Assembly (NCBI GenBank): GCA_000146045.2
Contig: BK006936.2
Coordinates: 160,001-224,000, forward strand
Source of the DNA: TPA_inf: Saccharomyces
Lineage: Eukaryota
Reading direction: 5' to 3'
DNA: 64,000 nt
Shown: piece by piece, positions 62,653-64,000 of the stretch
Layout of the letters: each line of letters starts with the position of its first letter
Numbering within the stretch: position 1 is the stretch's first letter
The notes under the pieces: model-generated
What the model was told of the DNA's origin: nothing
What the model saw: only the letters and a program-made list of their open reading frames with translations
Databases searched by the model: none
Made by a program: the position numbers and the translations under genes

Positions 62653-64000
62653 ATCTACGGTAAATCACACTAATCATTCTGATGATGAACTCCCTGGACA
62701 CCTCCTTCTTGATTCAGGAGCATCACGAACCCTTATAAGATCTGCTCATCACATACACTCAGCATCATCTAATCCTGACATAAACGTAGTTGATGCTCAA
62801 AAAAGAAATATACCAATTAACGCTATTGGTGACCTACAATTTCACTTCCAGGACAACACCAAAACATCAATAAAGGTATTGCACACTCCTAACATAGCCT
62901 ATGACTTACTCAGTTTGAATGAATTGGCTGCAGTAGATATCACAGCATGCTTTACCAAAAACGTCTTAGAACGATCTGACGGCACTGTACTTGCACCTAT
63001 CGTAAAATATGGAGACTTTTACTGGGTATCTAAAAAGTACTTGCTTCCATCAAATATCTCCGTACCCACCATCAATAATGTCCATACAAGTGAAAGTACA
63101 CGCAAATATCCTTATCCTTTCATTCATCGAATGCTTGCACATGCCAATGCACAGACAATTCGATACTCACTTAAAAATAACACCATCACGTATTTTAACG
63201 AATCAGATGTCGACTGGTCTAGTGCTATTGACTATCAATGTCCTGATTGTTTAATCGGCAAAAGCACCAAACACAGACATATCAAAGGTTCACGACTAAA
63301 ATACCAAAATTCATACGAACCCTTTCAATACCTACATACTGACATATTTGGTCCAGTTCACAACCTACCAAAAAGTGCACCATCCTATTTCATCTCATTT
63401 ACTGATGAGACAACAAAATTCCGTTGGGTTTATCCATTACACGACCGTCGCGAGGACTCTATCCTCGATGTTTTTACTACGATACTAGCTTTTATTAAAA
63501 ACCAGTTTCAGGCCAGTGTCTTGGTTATACAAATGGACCGTGGTTCTGAGTATACTAACAGAACTCTCCATAAATTCCTTGAAAAAAATGGTATAACTCC
63601 ATGCTATACAACCACAGCGGATTCCCGAGCACATGGAGTCGCTGAACGGCTAAACCGTACCTTATTAGATGACTGCCGTACTCAACTGCAATGTAGTGGT
63701 TTACCGAACCATTTATGGTTCTCTGCAATCGAATTTTCTACTATTGTGAGAAATTCACTAGCTTCACCTAAAAGCAAAAAATCTGCAAGACAACATGCTG
63801 GCTTGGCAGGACTTGATATCAGTACTTTGTTACCTTTCGGTCAACCTGTTATCGTCAATGATCACAACCCTAACTCCAAAATACATCCTCGTGGCATCCC
63901 AGGCTACGCTCTACATCCGTCTCGAAACTCTTATGGATATATCATCTATCTTCCATCCTTAAAGAAGACAGTAGATACAACTAACTATGTTATTCTTCAG
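62636..64000 (+). CDS. Ty1 TYB (Pol) +1-frame ORF, partial (YBL005W-B = join(61330..62634,62636..>64000))
   Basis: Hand translation gives the protease motif [10 protein letters not shown]. Integrase N-terminal HHCC finger ([10 protein letters not shown]...CPDCLIGK). DDE core residues ([16 protein letters not shown]). Open to the window end. Confidence 0.9.

Larger units (their letters stand above)
61037..64000 (+). mobile_element. Ty1 LTR retrotransposon, 5' portion (continues beyond window end)
   Basis: 5' delta LTR, tRNA-iMet PBS, TYA (Gag) and TYB (Pol) with protease, integrase HHCC and DD(E) motifs. Truncated only by the window edge. Confidence 0.95.

Overview
This window reads as ordinary, well-annotated Saccharomyces cerevisiae nuclear DNA. 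It is a stretch of the left arm of chromosome II running from HEK2 (YBL032W) to the 5' half of a Ty1 retrotransposon (YBL005W-A/B). I recognise about 30 protein-coding genes from their translations, all from memory with no search: HEK2, SHE1, PET9/AAC2, YBL029C-A, YBL029W, YBL028C, RPL19B, LSM2, RRN10, NCL1/TRM4, MCM2, PIM1/LON, HAP3, RFT1, APN2, POP8, PEP1/VPS10, FUS3, ACH1, RRN6, FMT1, SCT1, YBL010C, ALK2, HIR1, SLA1, LDB7 and PDR3. Three carry canonical yeast introns with GTATGT, TACTAAC and AG signals: RPL19B (with a 2-nt first exon), LSM2 and POP8. A convergent tRNA-Ile(AAU)/tRNA-Gly(GCC) pair sits in an LTR-rich hotspot, with a Ty3 sigma element 15 bp upstream of the tRNA-Gly gene and delta-like debris beside it. 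A full-length Ty1 begins at 61037 and runs off the window end. It is inserted next to an older diverged delta remnant. It carries the classic CUU-AGG-C +1 frameshift site and a tRNA-iMet primer-binding site. Gene order, orientation and spacing are collinear with the S288C reference as I remember it, at a constant offset of 160,000. I therefore see no foreign insertion and no uncharacterised multi-gene system, and I do not claim one. Three features are left unexplained. A 250-bp GC-rich, CGG/CCG-dense intergenic island lies at 5095-5345. A 50-codon hydrophobic small ORF with its own TATA box lies at 36737-36889, inside an ORF-free 1.8-kb gap. A palindromic delta-like LTR remnant lies at 38133-38257. 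I also note that YBL029C-A has a LITAF-like zinc-ribbon architecture. Everything here is read by eye from the sequence and the six-frame track, with no homology searches.
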